A stretch of DNA of 64,000 nt, taken from NCBI GenBank assembly GCA_963668315.1, contig OY764216.1:3840001-3904000 (forward strand). The letters run 5' to 3'. The notes under the pieces were generated by a model that was given only the letters and a program-made list of their open reading frames with translations, made no database searches and was not told where the DNA came from. Origin of the DNA: Spirochaetia bacterium (GTDB lineage Bacteria > Spirochaetota > Spirochaetia > DSM-2461). Made by a program: the position numbers and the translations under genes. Shown piece by piece: positions 53,711 through 62,795 of this stretch; positions within the stretch are counted from its first letter, which is position 1; each line of letters opens with the position of its first letter.

Positions 53711-54577
53711 CTACTCTTCATAAACAAGAAGGCTGACGTAATCCACCACCTCGGCCTGCTCGATTCCGCGAAAATAGGGAGACTCTCCCGAATGTCCCCT
53801 GCTCAGAATAACGGCTCTGGGCTTTTCGGCCGTCCTTTTGGCATACTCCATCAGCACCATGATGGGGCCGTAGCCGCAGATGGAGAGCCGCTTTTCCTGC
53901 ACCCGCCGGTAAAACTTCTTCGTGTCAAGGGACGTCAGAGCTTCCAGCGCGTAATCGTCCAGATCCCGGCCTTCCCGGGGGGAGCGGTAGTGGGTGAAAT
54001 CGGAGGAGGCGATGACAAGGGTTCTGCCCGGGACCTCCCCTCCCGCGCGGGCCAGCTTCCCGGCCAGGGAGGAGGCGGCTTCGTATGAGCTGTCTCCCAT
54101 ACAGAGGGGAATGAGCCGGAAGGAGGAGAGAAAATACTGCAGGAGGGGCAGAAGGACTTCCCCCGCGTGTTCCCTCCTGTGGGCCAGGGGCTCCCGGCAG
54201 AGTGACGGGCCGTTCTCGAGTGCCAGCAGCCTTTCTATGCCCTCTTCATCCAGATCGACCTGCCCCAGAGGGGTGCTCCATTTGGCGTGGGAATCGATAG
54301 ACAGGGGAGCTCCCATACCGGTATGGTTGGGATTAAGGAGAACGACCCGCTCCCACGGCCCGCCGGAACTTCTCAGTATCTGGAACAGATGGACAGCCTG
54401 GGGAAGGGAGAAAACATAACCCGCATGGGGCGAGACACCGCCGATGATTCTCTTCTTCGACAGGGAAAGATCGATCCTCCCGCTCTGACTGTCCAGCTGA
54501 TACTCAATTTCTTCAATCAGCTCGCGTTTATCTCCCGGATAAAACTGACCGGCCACAGCCGGGGAACGGACATCCAT
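53711..54577 (-). CDS. amrB: AmmeMemoRadiSam system protein B (MEMO1 family)
   Basis: R.PAVAGQFYP, PHAGYVFS, PNHTG, W.TPLG, EHAGEV.LP.LQ, ASSDFTHY, ICGYGPI, VVDY. Confidence 0.92.
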   Translation of the reverse strand: MDVRSPAVAGQFYPGDKRELIEEIEYQLDSQSGRIDLSLSKKRIIGGVSPHAGYVFSLPQAVHLFQILRSSGGPWERVVLLNPNHTGMGAPLSIDSHAKWSTPLGQVDLDEEGIERLLALENGPSLCREPLAHRREHAGEVLLPLLQYFLSSFRLIPLCMGDSSYEAASSLAGKLARAGGEVPGRTLVIASSDFTHYRSPREGRDLDDYALEALTSLDTKKFYRRVQEKRLSICGYGPIMVLMEYAKRTAEKPRAVILSRGHSGESPYFRGIEQAEVVDYVSLLVYEE

Positions 54578-54586
54578 AGGGCCTCC

Positions 54587-55588
54587 TTAAAAAACGATAT
54601 TCACATGATGGCTGCACCGGGGACAGACGGGATCCCCCAGATGGACAACCGACCGGTAGCCCTTCCTTTCAATCAGCCTTTCACCGCAGGAGGGGCAAAG
54701 TGTGTCCCGCCCTTCGCTGACATCGGCATTGCCGATATAGACGTGGTCCAGGTATTCCGAAGCCAATCCGAACAGACGGCTCAAAGTTTCAAGGGGCGTG
54801 GCGGGAACCTCCATTTTATGCTGGGGATAGTAGCGGTTAATATGAAGGGGGACCTCGGTTCCCAGGGATTCCCCGTACCAGAGCATAAGTTCCCTGAAAG
54901 GTTCCGGGTCATCATTGTAGCCCGGTATGACAAGGTACTCCACTTCGAGATGACATCCAGACCGGGCTATGGACTCAAGACTTCTCTTCACCGGTTCCAG
55001 ATGCCCTCCGGCAATCTCCCGGTAGAACCCATCGGAATATCCCTTGAGATCGACACTGAAGGCATCGATCAGGGGAAAAAGCTCCCTGAGAGGCTCAGAC
55101 TCTATATAGCCGTTCGTCACCATGACATTGGCGAATCCCTTCTCCCTGACGGCCCGGGCGCAATCGGCCATGAATTCATACCAGACCACCGGTTCATTGT
55201 AGGTATAGGCGACACCGGCGAGGGAGCTATCCAGTTTTTCCAGAATCATGGAGGCCCCGATTTCCTCCCCCTCTGCGGCAAAGGCAAAGTTATCCCCGTC
55301 CTGAGCGATATAATGATTCTGGCAATGGAGGCAGGAGAGATTACAGCCGTAACTTCCCAGAGAGAGGATCTCCGAACCTGGCTTGAAGTGGTAAAGAGGC
55401 TTTTTTTCCATCGGGTCGATGTGGACGGCCGAGAGACTTCCGTAATTCAGGGAGAAACCCTTTCCCCCCCGGTTCTCCCTGACTCCGCAGACTCCCCTTC
55501 CCCCGTCCTTGAGCTCACAGTGTCTGGGACAGAGCCTGCATTCGATATGCCCCTTTTCCAGGGGAGTAAAAAAGCGGCCTTCTTTCAT
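54587..55588 (-). CDS. amrS: AmmeMemoRadiSam system radical SAM enzyme
   Basis: CRLCPRHC...CGVR, DPMEKKPLYHF.PG, CNLSCLHCQN (CxxxCxxC), YTYNEP, C-terminal CPSC..CPRC. Confidence 0.93.
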   Translation of the reverse strand: MKEGRFFTPLEKGHIECRLCPRHCELKDGGRGVCGVRENRGGKGFSLNYGSLSAVHIDPMEKKPLYHFKPGSEILSLGSYGCNLSCLHCQNHYIAQDGDNFAFAAEGEEIGASMILEKLDSSLAGVAYTYNEPVVWYEFMADCARAVREKGFANVMVTNGYIESEPLRELFPLIDAFSVDLKGYSDGFYREIAGGHLEPVKRSLESIARSGCHLEVEYLVIPGYNDDPEPFRELMLWYGESLGTEVPLHINRYYPQHKMEVPATPLETLSRLFGLASEYLDHVYIGNADVSEGRDTLCPSCGERLIERKGYRSVVHLGDPVCPRCSHHVNIVF

Positions 55589-55589
55589 T

Positions 55590-56111
55590 TTAATGGTACC
55601 TCTTTACTTTAAAACGGAACAGCTCCACATCCTCACCGGGGTAGATGCCCGCCTTCATCCGCGCAATTTCCAATTGCCTCTCCACCGTATCAACGCCTTC
55701 CAGATCGGGCAGCAGTACCCCGCGCCTTCCGTCCGTCTCCACAATAACGCCGTAAAGGGAGGGGTCAAGCTTCTCCGGACCGTCGATAGACTCGGGTTCT
55801 TCCAGCACATCCACGGAAACGGTCAGACTTTCCAGCTCGTCCCTTTCGAGAGGGTCAAACCGGGGATCACGAAAAGCGGCGGCCAGGGCATTGGAGCGGA
55901 TCTCTTCGTAAAGGTTCTCCCTTACGGGCGACAAAGTCCCTATACAGCCCCGGAGAGTTTCCTCCCCGCCTTTTTCCCTGTGAAGGGATACAAAACAGGC
56001 GGCGCGTCTTTTCTTCAGATCCTGATATTCATCTTCGATGGATTCCTTACCCAGAGATTCCAGCAGTGTATTCAAAGCCAGCCGGACGGGTGATGATTGG
56101 GGAAGATACAT
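55590..56111 (-). CDS. amrA: AmmeMemoRadiSam system protein A (AMMECR1 domain)
   Basis: ACFVSL, LRGCIGT, AAAFRDPRF, GVLLPDLEGV. AGGAGG SD before ATG 56111. Confidence 0.92.
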   Translation of the reverse strand: MYLPQSSPVRLALNTLLESLGKESIEDEYQDLKKRRAACFVSLHREKGGEETLRGCIGTLSPVRENLYEEIRSNALAAAFRDPRFDPLERDELESLTVSVDVLEEPESIDGPEKLDPSLYGVIVETDGRRGVLLPDLEGVDTVERQLEIARMKAGIYPGEDVELFRFKVKRYH

Positions 56112-56198
56112 GGCTGTTCCTCCTAAGAAAAAAACGTTTATAACAAAACTTTCCCTATTAATTATAGAGCATAGACGGTGATTTCGACAGGGAAAGAC

Positions 56199-56228
56199 TG
56201 GACTTTTCACCTAAAGGGTAGTATATTC
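56199..56228 (+). promoter_or_regulatory. Promoter of tmRNA
   Basis: TGGACT-17 nt-TATATT, ending about 16 nt before the mature 5' end. Confidence 0.6.
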
Positions 56229-56244
56229 ACTTTACATTCAATCT

Positions 56245-56618
56245 GGGGGTGCACTGGTTTCGACTGGAGGATGACCGGGATTTGAGTGGCAGGTGGAGTG
56301 TCTCTCCTAAAAAGACAACTTATAATTGCCAAGAAAGAAGATGATGTTGTTATCGCTTTCGATAACAACGAAGCTTTCGCTTTAGCAGCGTAACTTGCTG
56401 CTGGGTAACGGATCAGGTGCCCTCCCTGAACCGCTTACCTTAACAACCCGGGGGCTCGCTCGTTAGGATTGTTTGTTAACTATCGGGGACTTTAAACGAA
56501 CTAGGCTGGAGAAGGTTGGTTTGCTTTCCCGACCCGGCCGAAACAATTAAAGTAAACTAAACCTGTAGAGGCTTTTTTTTCGCCCTTTAGGACGGGGGTT
56601 CGATTCCCCCCACCTCCA
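56245..56618 (+). ncRNA. ssrA: tmRNA (transfer-messenger RNA)
   Basis: 5' GGGGGTGCACTGGTTTCGAC and 3' GACGGGGGTTCGATTCCCCCCACCTCCA. Compact PK1 GGAG-TGTCT-CTCC-TAAAA-AGACA. Tag ORF 56328-56393 AKKEDDVVIAFDNNEAFALAA*. Confidence 0.96.
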
Positions 56619-56626
56619 TCCCCAGC

Positions 56627-56673
56627 AGCTTTCGTAAGTCTTTGTAATGCAGAGATTTACGAAAGCTTTTTTT
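56627..56673 (+). terminator. Long hairpin plus T-tract downstream of tmRNA
   Basis: AGCTTTCGTAAGTCTTTG-TAATG-CAGAGATTTACGAAAGCT then TTTTTT. Confidence 0.8.
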
Positions 56674-56862
56674 GCTTCTCGGTCTAGTGTAGCCAAATTG
56701 TAGTCAATTGAAAAACAATAATGAGACTTCAGAATTATCTTTATCCAAATTAAAAGCACAGAATTTTCTCCTTTATGTTATCTATAAAGAGCTGGAGTAT
56801 TAAAAATGGGAAGGGCAGGAAAAACCATACGATCTGTATAAACTTGTGCTATAATAAAGGAA

Positions 56863-57849
56863 ATGAGGATGCAAAGATTTAGATTGAAGTATTTTATCCT
56901 ATTATTCATGATTCTTCAGTTCTTGGGTTGTGATAATACTCTTGAGGTTCCAACATATACTGTAACTTATGATGGAAATAGTAATACGGGCGGAAGAGCC
57001 CCCACAGACCCCAATAGCCATGAGGCGGGAGTTACGGTAGTAGTTCTTGGGAACAACGAATCTTTGACTAAAGACAACTGTACATTTGAAGGTTGGATGA
57101 CTGCTCCTGATAAACAAGAGTCGGAGTATTCTGCTGGCGAAACGTTAACAATGCCGAATCACAATTTAACCTTATACGCATACTGGTATAATTCATCCAT
57201 TGATATCAGTACTTATAGTACGGCAGAGAAAGCTAACATCTTAGCAAATTACACCGAAGCTGAGAGAATCATCACAGATATGAGTCAATCAGAGATAGAC
57301 GCCCTAATAAGTGAATTAAATTCCCTTGCAACAGATACTACTGTAAGCGACAGCAACAGAATGCAGGCATATGCCGCCATTACTGGATTATATATACTTC
57401 CCAGTAGTGCTGATAATCTTGTTGAAGGTTTTGATAGTACGATTTCTGATTGTGCTCTTGGTGAAAACATGATTTATGAAACCAGTGATATGCTCGATTA
57501 TATTTCTTCAGCAAGTGTAAACGTGGTACTGAATCAGTTAGATGCTTTACTTCGTTCAATATCATTTATAGAAGCTTATGGAAATATTCTGGGACAGGAT
57601 GGGGGCTCTCCAATTGGGGAGAATAGGTACTTCTTATCAAGTTTGGCTTACGTTGTGGGAATAATCTCTCAGTCATCCAATACGACGGCCGAAATAGCTG
57701 CTGCCATTGTGGCTGGGACAACCAGTTCAATTGATCTTCCTACTTTATCAGAAATTATCACGGAGAGTGGAATAAGATCAATATTTGGAGATGATCTCTC
57801 GAATACAATTATGGATGGGCAACTAATGAATTTCTTTTCTTTTCTATAA
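56863..57849 (+). CDS. Lipoprotein with InlB B-repeat (Listeria-Bacteroides repeat) and helical C-terminal region
   Basis: Lipobox FLGC; YTVTYDGNSNTGG.AP...CTFEGW......Y.AG.TLTM...NLTLYAYW. Confidence 0.8.
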   Translation: MRMQRFRLKYFILLFMILQFLGCDNTLEVPTYTVTYDGNSNTGGRAPTDPNSHEAGVTVVVLGNNESLTKDNCTFEGWMTAPDKQESEYSAGETLTMPNHNLTLYAYWYNSSIDISTYSTAEKANILANYTEAERIITDMSQSEIDALISELNSLATDTTVSDSNRMQAYAAITGLYILPSSADNLVEGFDSTISDCALGENMIYETSDMLDYISSASVNVVLNQLDALLRSISFIEAYGNILGQDGGSPIGENRYFLSSLAYVVGIISQSSNTTAEIAAAIVAGTTSSIDLPTLSEIITESGIRSIFGDDLSNTIMDGQLMNFFSFL

Positions 57850-57886
57850 GCAGGGCTTCTTTAATCATTTTCTTCCGCTGTTCCCA

Positions 57887-57922
57887 TACAATCTCAGGAT
57901 TCAAGTGAATCCTGAGATTGTA
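57887..57922. repeat. Perfect 17-bp inverted repeat (terminator or operator)
   Basis: TACAATCTCAGGATTCA-AG-TGAATCCTGAGATTGTA. Confidence 0.8.
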
Positions 57923-58178
57923 AAATTTTCTGTGTAAAGCTCAATTCCTAAATTATATTCGCCCTTCATATTCGATGGCGAATCTATTCATAGCAGGCTT
58001 CCAATTTCGCAATTAACAAAAAACTCTTCATCGGCAGGAGCCCCCGCCATTATGGAGAGCTTGTGAATAGAGAAGTAGAGAACATAGAAAGCAAGTCCGA
58101 TGCGGAAGACCCGGCTCTTAGAGAACAGGGGTTTCCTTTTAACGAATATTTCGGATAAGATGGATTAAGGTGCGACCT

Positions 58179-58406
58179 ATGGTATATGAAAACTATAACG
58201 GATATCTGATTAAAGCATCCCCCCGAAAAACAAGAACTGGAAAGTGGGCGGTGTTAACTATCATAGAAAGAGTGATTGATGGGGTTACGAAAAGACAGAG
58301 TTTCTGTGCAGATGATAATATCCATTACATATTGGAAATTGAAGCAGCTAAAGAATGCATCAATCTGGGTAAAAACTTAATCAACCAGAATAGAGTGGGA
58401 TTTTAA
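58179..58406 (+). CDS. Small hypothetical protein, HlyU/CV_2116-like
   Basis: YNGYLIKASP....GKW....IIER...F....EA.......GK.LI. AAGGTG SD before ATG 58179. Confidence 0.55.
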   Translation: MVYENYNGYLIKASPRKTRTGKWAVLTIIERVIDGVTKRQSFCADDNIHYILEIEAAKECINLGKNLINQNRVGF

Positions 58407-58431
58407 GTAATAGTTCATAAGGAGGACAACC

Positions 58432-58974
58432 ATGAACGAAACGGAGACGAAGAGATTACTCCTAAGAAACTGGACATTAGAAGATTCTGCGGACATGTTC
58501 GAGTACGCCAAGAATGACCTGGTTGGTCCTAATGCAGGATGGCCTCAACACAAGACGGAGGAAGAGAGTAAGAAGATAATCTCCAACTTTATTAAGGATG
58601 ATGATGTTTTAGCCGTCGTTCTTAAATCAGAAAACAAGGTTATCGGCAGCATTGGTCTCCACGACAGAAAACCTGATGAGAAGATCACTTCAAATCAGAG
58701 GGAGATCGGGTATGTACTCAACCCTGAATACTGGGGAAATGGATATATACCAGAGGCAGTAAATGGGCTCCTGACCCTGGGATTCAATGATCTCGGATTG
58801 GATTTGATCTGGTGCGGTCATTTTGATGGAAATGATAATTCCAGACGGGTTATTGAGAAGTGCGGTTTCAATTACAAATTCAAAATCAATGAAATTAAGC
58901 CTTTGCTTAATGATAAAGTCGTGACAGTTCACTACTACAATATCACCCGGGAAGAGTATTTCGATATTTTTTAG
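58432..58974 (+). CDS. GNAT family N-acetyltransferase (RimJ/RimL-like)
   Basis: ETKRLLLR, EIGYVLNPEYWGNGY..EA, N..SRRVIEKCGF. AAGGAGG SD. Confidence 0.9.
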   Translation: MNETETKRLLLRNWTLEDSADMFEYAKNDLVGPNAGWPQHKTEEESKKIISNFIKDDDVLAVVLKSENKVIGSIGLHDRKPDEKITSNQREIGYVLNPEYWGNGYIPEAVNGLLTLGFNDLGLDLIWCGHFDGNDNSRRVIEKCGFNYKFKINEIKPLLNDKVVTVHYYNITREEYFDIF

Positions 58975-58984
58975 GGTTTACAAA

Positions 58985-59428
58985 ATGGATAGATATTGGG
59001 ATAAAAACGGTCATTATTCTCATGGAGTACTTAAGGAATATAAACACTGGATTCTTGAATTGAGTTACCGCCAGCATACCCTCGGATCTTATATCCTCTT
59101 CGCCAAAAGAGAGATTGAGAATTTTCACGAAATGACGGCAGAGGAATCGGAAGAATTGAAATATGCCATGAAGGAAATGGAAACTACTTTGGGTAGAGCC
59201 GGAGGATTTAGACCCGATAAGTTCAACTATTGGCAAATGGGCAACGGTCTATCTCGACTGCATTTTCATGGTATACCCCGGTATAAGGATGATCGGGAAT
59301 ATGCGGGAATTGTATGGAAGGATGAATCCTGGGGGTCTGTTCCGAATTGGAATTATTTAGGAGTCGATTCATCCTTGATTGAGAGAATGAGGGCTGAGTT
59401 GTTAGAAGTCTTCAACCGACCTATCTAA
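58985..59428 (+). CDS. HIT family protein (variant triad)
   Basis: F.PDKFNY..MGN..SRLHFHGIPRY. The first His of HxHxH is replaced by Arg. Confidence 0.8.
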   Translation: MDRYWDKNGHYSHGVLKEYKHWILELSYRQHTLGSYILFAKREIENFHEMTAEESEELKYAMKEMETTLGRAGGFRPDKFNYWQMGNGLSRLHFHGIPRYKDDREYAGIVWKDESWGSVPNWNYLGVDSSLIERMRAELLEVFNRPI

Positions 59429-59443
59429 GGGAAGTAATGACAG

Positions 59444-59896
59444 ATGGAAATAAAATCCATAGATAAAAAAGAGATTCATCTTATTCAGAAGCTCTGGGAA
59501 GAACTGAATGAAGTCCACCTGAATGATTCGATTCATTTTAAGGATCATTTCAAGAAGTTCACCTTTGAAGAACGATGTAAAGCATTGGTATCTTTGGAAG
59601 ATGATCATATTCAGATCGACGTGTTATTTGACGAGAAGAATCCCGTGGGTTATTGCATCTCTGCGCTTAAAGGCAATAGCGGAGAGATAGAATCTTTATT
59701 TATCAGGAAAAAGTACCGTAAACTTGGTTTTGGAGATGTCCTCGTAAAAAAGGGAATAACCTGGCTTGAATCAAACAGCTGCGAAAGAATTGAAGTATCT
59801 GTCGCTTCAGGTCATGAATCGGTATTTGGCTTCTATGAAAAGTTTGGATTCTACCCGAGAAAGACTTCATTACGGCTCAAGAAGGAAAATAAATGA
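59444..59896 (+). CDS. GNAT family N-acetyltransferase
   Basis: GEIESLFI.KKYRKLGFG..L, FYEKFGF. Confidence 0.88.
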   Translation: MEIKSIDKKEIHLIQKLWEELNEVHLNDSIHFKDHFKKFTFEERCKALVSLEDDHIQIDVLFDEKNPVGYCISALKGNSGEIESLFIRKKYRKLGFGDVLVKKGITWLESNSCERIEVSVASGHESVFGFYEKFGFYPRKTSLRLKKENK

Positions 59897-60342
59897 AAGC
59901 GAAATTTTCACACGTGAATATTATCAGTAAAGACTGGAGGAAGTTGGCAGATTTCTATATCGATGTATTTGATTGCAAACCAAAACCGCCAGAACGGAAT
60001 CTTTCAGGGAAATGGGTTGATGAACTGACCAATCTCTCTGAAACAACCATAAAGGGAATGCATCTGGTTCTCCCTGGATATGAGGAAGACGGCCCTACAC
60101 TGGAAATCTTCGAGTATAAGGAGAATATTGAAAATCGGGGAAAGGTGATCAACCGGGAGGGGTTTGGTCATATTGCTTTTGCCGTAGATGATGTTGAAGA
60201 GAAGCTGAATCTCTTACTGGCAAAGGGCGGTACCACGGTAGGGAGATTGATAGACACGGACATTGAAGGGATGGGCAAGATAACCGTCGTATATGCGAAA
60301 GACCCTGAAGGCAATATCATCGAGATTCAGAAGTGGGATTAA
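59893..60342 (+). CDS. VOC/glyoxalase family protein
   Basis: HVNII..D...LADFY..VF, LEIFEY, GFGHIAFAVDDV, Y.KDPEGNIIEI. Confidence 0.9.
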   Translation: MKAKFSHVNIISKDWRKLADFYIDVFDCKPKPPERNLSGKWVDELTNLSETTIKGMHLVLPGYEEDGPTLEIFEYKENIENRGKVINREGFGHIAFAVDDVEEKLNLLLAKGGTTVGRLIDTDIEGMGKITVVYAKDPEGNIIEIQKWD

Positions 60343-60707
60343 GGAAACGTTTGCCCATTACATGAATGACTTTGAGAAGGCATACCCTGAAATTAATACA
60401 AAATCTGTTGGCGGATTCTGATCAGGTGATGATACATTCCATTCGTAATTCAGAACAGATTTCTTCTGATTCATCACTATTCCTAAAATGCCCTCTTTTG
60501 TTTCTATTGTCTATAATTCTTTGAATTGCCCCGGAGTAAAATAGCTGAGACAGATATCCGCCTTATCAGAAGGACGGATATAAGCAGTTTCACTTTACGA
60601 ATTCGTCCTTAAGGAAAAAAGAATGTGAACTTTATGTAATCTCTCTTTATTTTTCAGAATAATAATGTATAGTAATCGAAAAATATTTAATAAGAGATTT
60701 AAAATTA

Positions 60708-60974
60708 ATGAAAGAATGCAAGACCTGTGGCGCAAAATTCGATGTTGATATCATACTTCTCCCTGATATGGATAGGGATAGGATCAATTGTCCCTGCTGC
60801 GGAAAACCGCTCATTGAATGGAACGGCGCTTATATGTATATTGTCAGAAAAATTTCCGGTCCTACCAGGGCATTCGAAAACAAAGGACTCCTCGCGAAAT
60901 GCAATAGGATAAACGCTCAAAAGAAAGGGTTGAAACAGAAGAAATACCTACCGGATTTACTGAAAGTTATTTGA
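60708..60974 (+). CDS. Small putative zinc-ribbon protein
   Basis: CKTC...CPCC pair in the first 32 aa; basic tail. Confidence 0.55.
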   Translation: MKECKTCGAKFDVDIILLPDMDRDRINCPCCGKPLIEWNGAYMYIVRKISGPTRAFENKGLLAKCNRINAQKKGLKQKKYLPDLLKVI

Positions 60975-61014
60975 ATTATTTTCCACTTATCGTGAACCTG
61001 TGATATAATACCCG

Positions 61015-61302
61015 GTGAGGATTTGGAAAGCGATGAAAATCTACGGAGAATTCACTTATACAGACGGCAAATCAACCTTCTATAAACCTGTATTTATAGA
61101 GGATGATGAGGAATGGAAGGCATACGCAAAATTCAACAGACTGGAAAATGAGCTCGTGGAAAACTACCTGCTCCTTGATTCAGACGGGCCTGAGATAGTA
61201 AACCCGCAGAATGAAGAGATTCTTCACGAAAGAGCGGCAGCTATCGCCAGAGCATTTGAAGGAAAAGAGACCTTTCTGCTTGACCATGGGATTGCGGGAT
61301 AA
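61015..61302 (+). CDS. Hypothetical acidic protein
   Basis: 95-aa ORF with TG-A-TATAAT 5 nt before the GTG. Alternative ATG at 61033. Confidence 0.5.
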   Translation: MRIWKAMKIYGEFTYTDGKSTFYKPVFIEDDEEWKAYAKFNRLENELVENYLLLDSDGPEIVNPQNEEILHERAAAIARAFEGKETFLLDHGIAG

Positions 61303-61484
61303 GAGGGCTCTGTTGAAATAGTTGGCAGCAGGATGTGCGGTACAATTATTCTTGAGCTGTTTACCCCTCAAACCCCATCGCCTTTTTCACGACCGACATT
61401 TCTTCTTCAGAAGTGAGCATTTTTAATAATTCAAATGCCACCCCCGGGGCTGTTTCAGGACAATAGGACGTAATAATATTCCGG

Positions 61485-62795
61485 GGTATGAGCCGTATAC
61501 ATCGTGAACAAATATCAGAGTAAATAAATTACAATTTTGGGTATGAATGTTTTATATTAGGAGAACAGACATGCCATTAATGGAGAGAACGGTTATGGAT
61601 CAGAAGAAGGAATTTATTCTGCTCTGGAGTTCCAAGCGTTATACGTTCACCGGCCTGTGTCAGGACTTCAAGATCAGTCGAACAACTGGCTATAAGTATG
61701 TAAAAAGGTTTCAGACATCAGGAATGGAGGGACTGGAGCCTCAATCTCGCGCTCCCCACCATTCCCCGAACAAAGTACCAGAAGAGATTGTTAAAAGGAT
61801 TATTGAGATCAGGAAGGAGCATTCCTCGTGGGGAGCGAAGAAGATTCGCTGGCGTTTGGACCAAGATGGAATCTATAATCGGATTCCCGCTCAATCAACC
61901 ATTTCCATTATCCTTAAGCGGAATAATCTTATTCCGGAGAGAAAGCGTCATGTACGTGTAGAGAGGCGCTATCCTAAGTTTATAGCCAATGATTGTAATG
62001 AAATCTGGAGTGCTGATTATAAGGGAGAATTCAAAACCAAGGATAATAAATATTGCTACCCTTTGACTATCTGCGATACCTTCAGTCGCTTCATCATTAA
62101 GATAAAAGGCCTCTCCCGGCCCAATTATGAGCAGTCTCAGCCAGTTTTTGAAACTGTCTTTAAAGAATATGGACTCCCTGAACAGTTGCATACCGACAAT
62201 GGTTCCCCCTTTGCCAACGTCCGTGCCCTGGGGCGTTATACGCAATTCTCAGTCTGGCTGATGGAATTAGGAATCCTTCCCGTGTTCAGTGATCCTGCTT
62301 CCCCGCAGCAAAATGGAAAACATGAAAGGATGCACCGGATATTGAAAGCAGAAGCCTGTAAAGAGCCCGGAATCAGTCTTCGAAGTCAGCAGATAAAGTT
62401 TAACAAGTTTGCCAGGGAATACAATACAGAGCGTCCTCATGAGTCTCTGGGGATGGTAACGCCTTCTTCAGTTTATGCGAAGTCCAAACGTCCTTATCCT
62501 AAGAAAATAGAGCCTTGGGTCTATCCCGCAGAATATAAGGTTAGGAATATTTGCAAGAATGGAATCATTAGGGTAGGTAAGGATGACAGCATTTTTGTGG
62601 GAACAGCTTTCAAGGAAAAACAGCTTGGTTTTGAAGATATTGGAGAAGGAATATACAGGGTCTGGTTTAGGGAATTTCTGCTTGGTTATTTAAATGAACA
62701 TGAGCTTAAAATCTATGATATACTTGAGTATGATTACATCAAAAGGGTGTAAGAGAAGTAGGTGGATATTTGAACACTATGTGATGTCCAATACA
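61485..62795 (+). mobile_element. IS481-family insertion sequence (1311 bp) with 4-bp CCGG target duplication
   Basis: CCGG at 61481-61484 and 62796-62799. Imperfect ~48-bp terminal IRs: left GGTATGAGCCGTATACATCGTGAACAAATATC...TTACA, right reverse complement TGTATTGGACATCACATAGTGTTCAAATATC...TTACA. Confidence 0.9.
61571..62752 (+). CDS. IS481-family DDE transposase
   Basis: AGGAG SD before ATG 61571. HTH ISRTTGYKYVKRF...GL...SRAPHHSP, WGAKKI; DDE residues in WSADYKG, HTDNGSPF, QNGKHERMHR; YN.ERPHESL. Confidence 0.93.
   Translation: MPLMERTVMDQKKEFILLWSSKRYTFTGLCQDFKISRTTGYKYVKRFQTSGMEGLEPQSRAPHHSPNKVPEEIVKRIIEIRKEHSSWGAKKIRWRLDQDGIYNRIPAQSTISIILKRNNLIPERKRHVRVERRYPKFIANDCNEIWSADYKGEFKTKDNKYCYPLTICDTFSRFIIKIKGLSRPNYEQSQPVFETVFKEYGLPEQLHTDNGSPFANVRALGRYTQFSVWLMELGILPVFSDPASPQQNGKHERMHRILKAEACKEPGISLRSQQIKFNKFAREYNTERPHESLGMVTPSSVYAKSKRPYPKKIEPWVYPAEYKVRNICKNGIIRVGKDDSIFVGTAFKEKQLGFEDIGEGIYRVWFREFLLGYLNEHELKIYDILEYDYIKRV

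Noticed and set aside
56547..56759. 70-aa minus-strand ORF
   Set aside because: It is the antisense reading of the tmRNA 3' end and its terminator.
58170..60342. Integron cassette array (GNAT/HIT/VOC genes are typical cassettes)
   Set aside because: Intergenic gaps are 25 nt or less, or overlapping, too short for attC sites. No integron integrase is seen.
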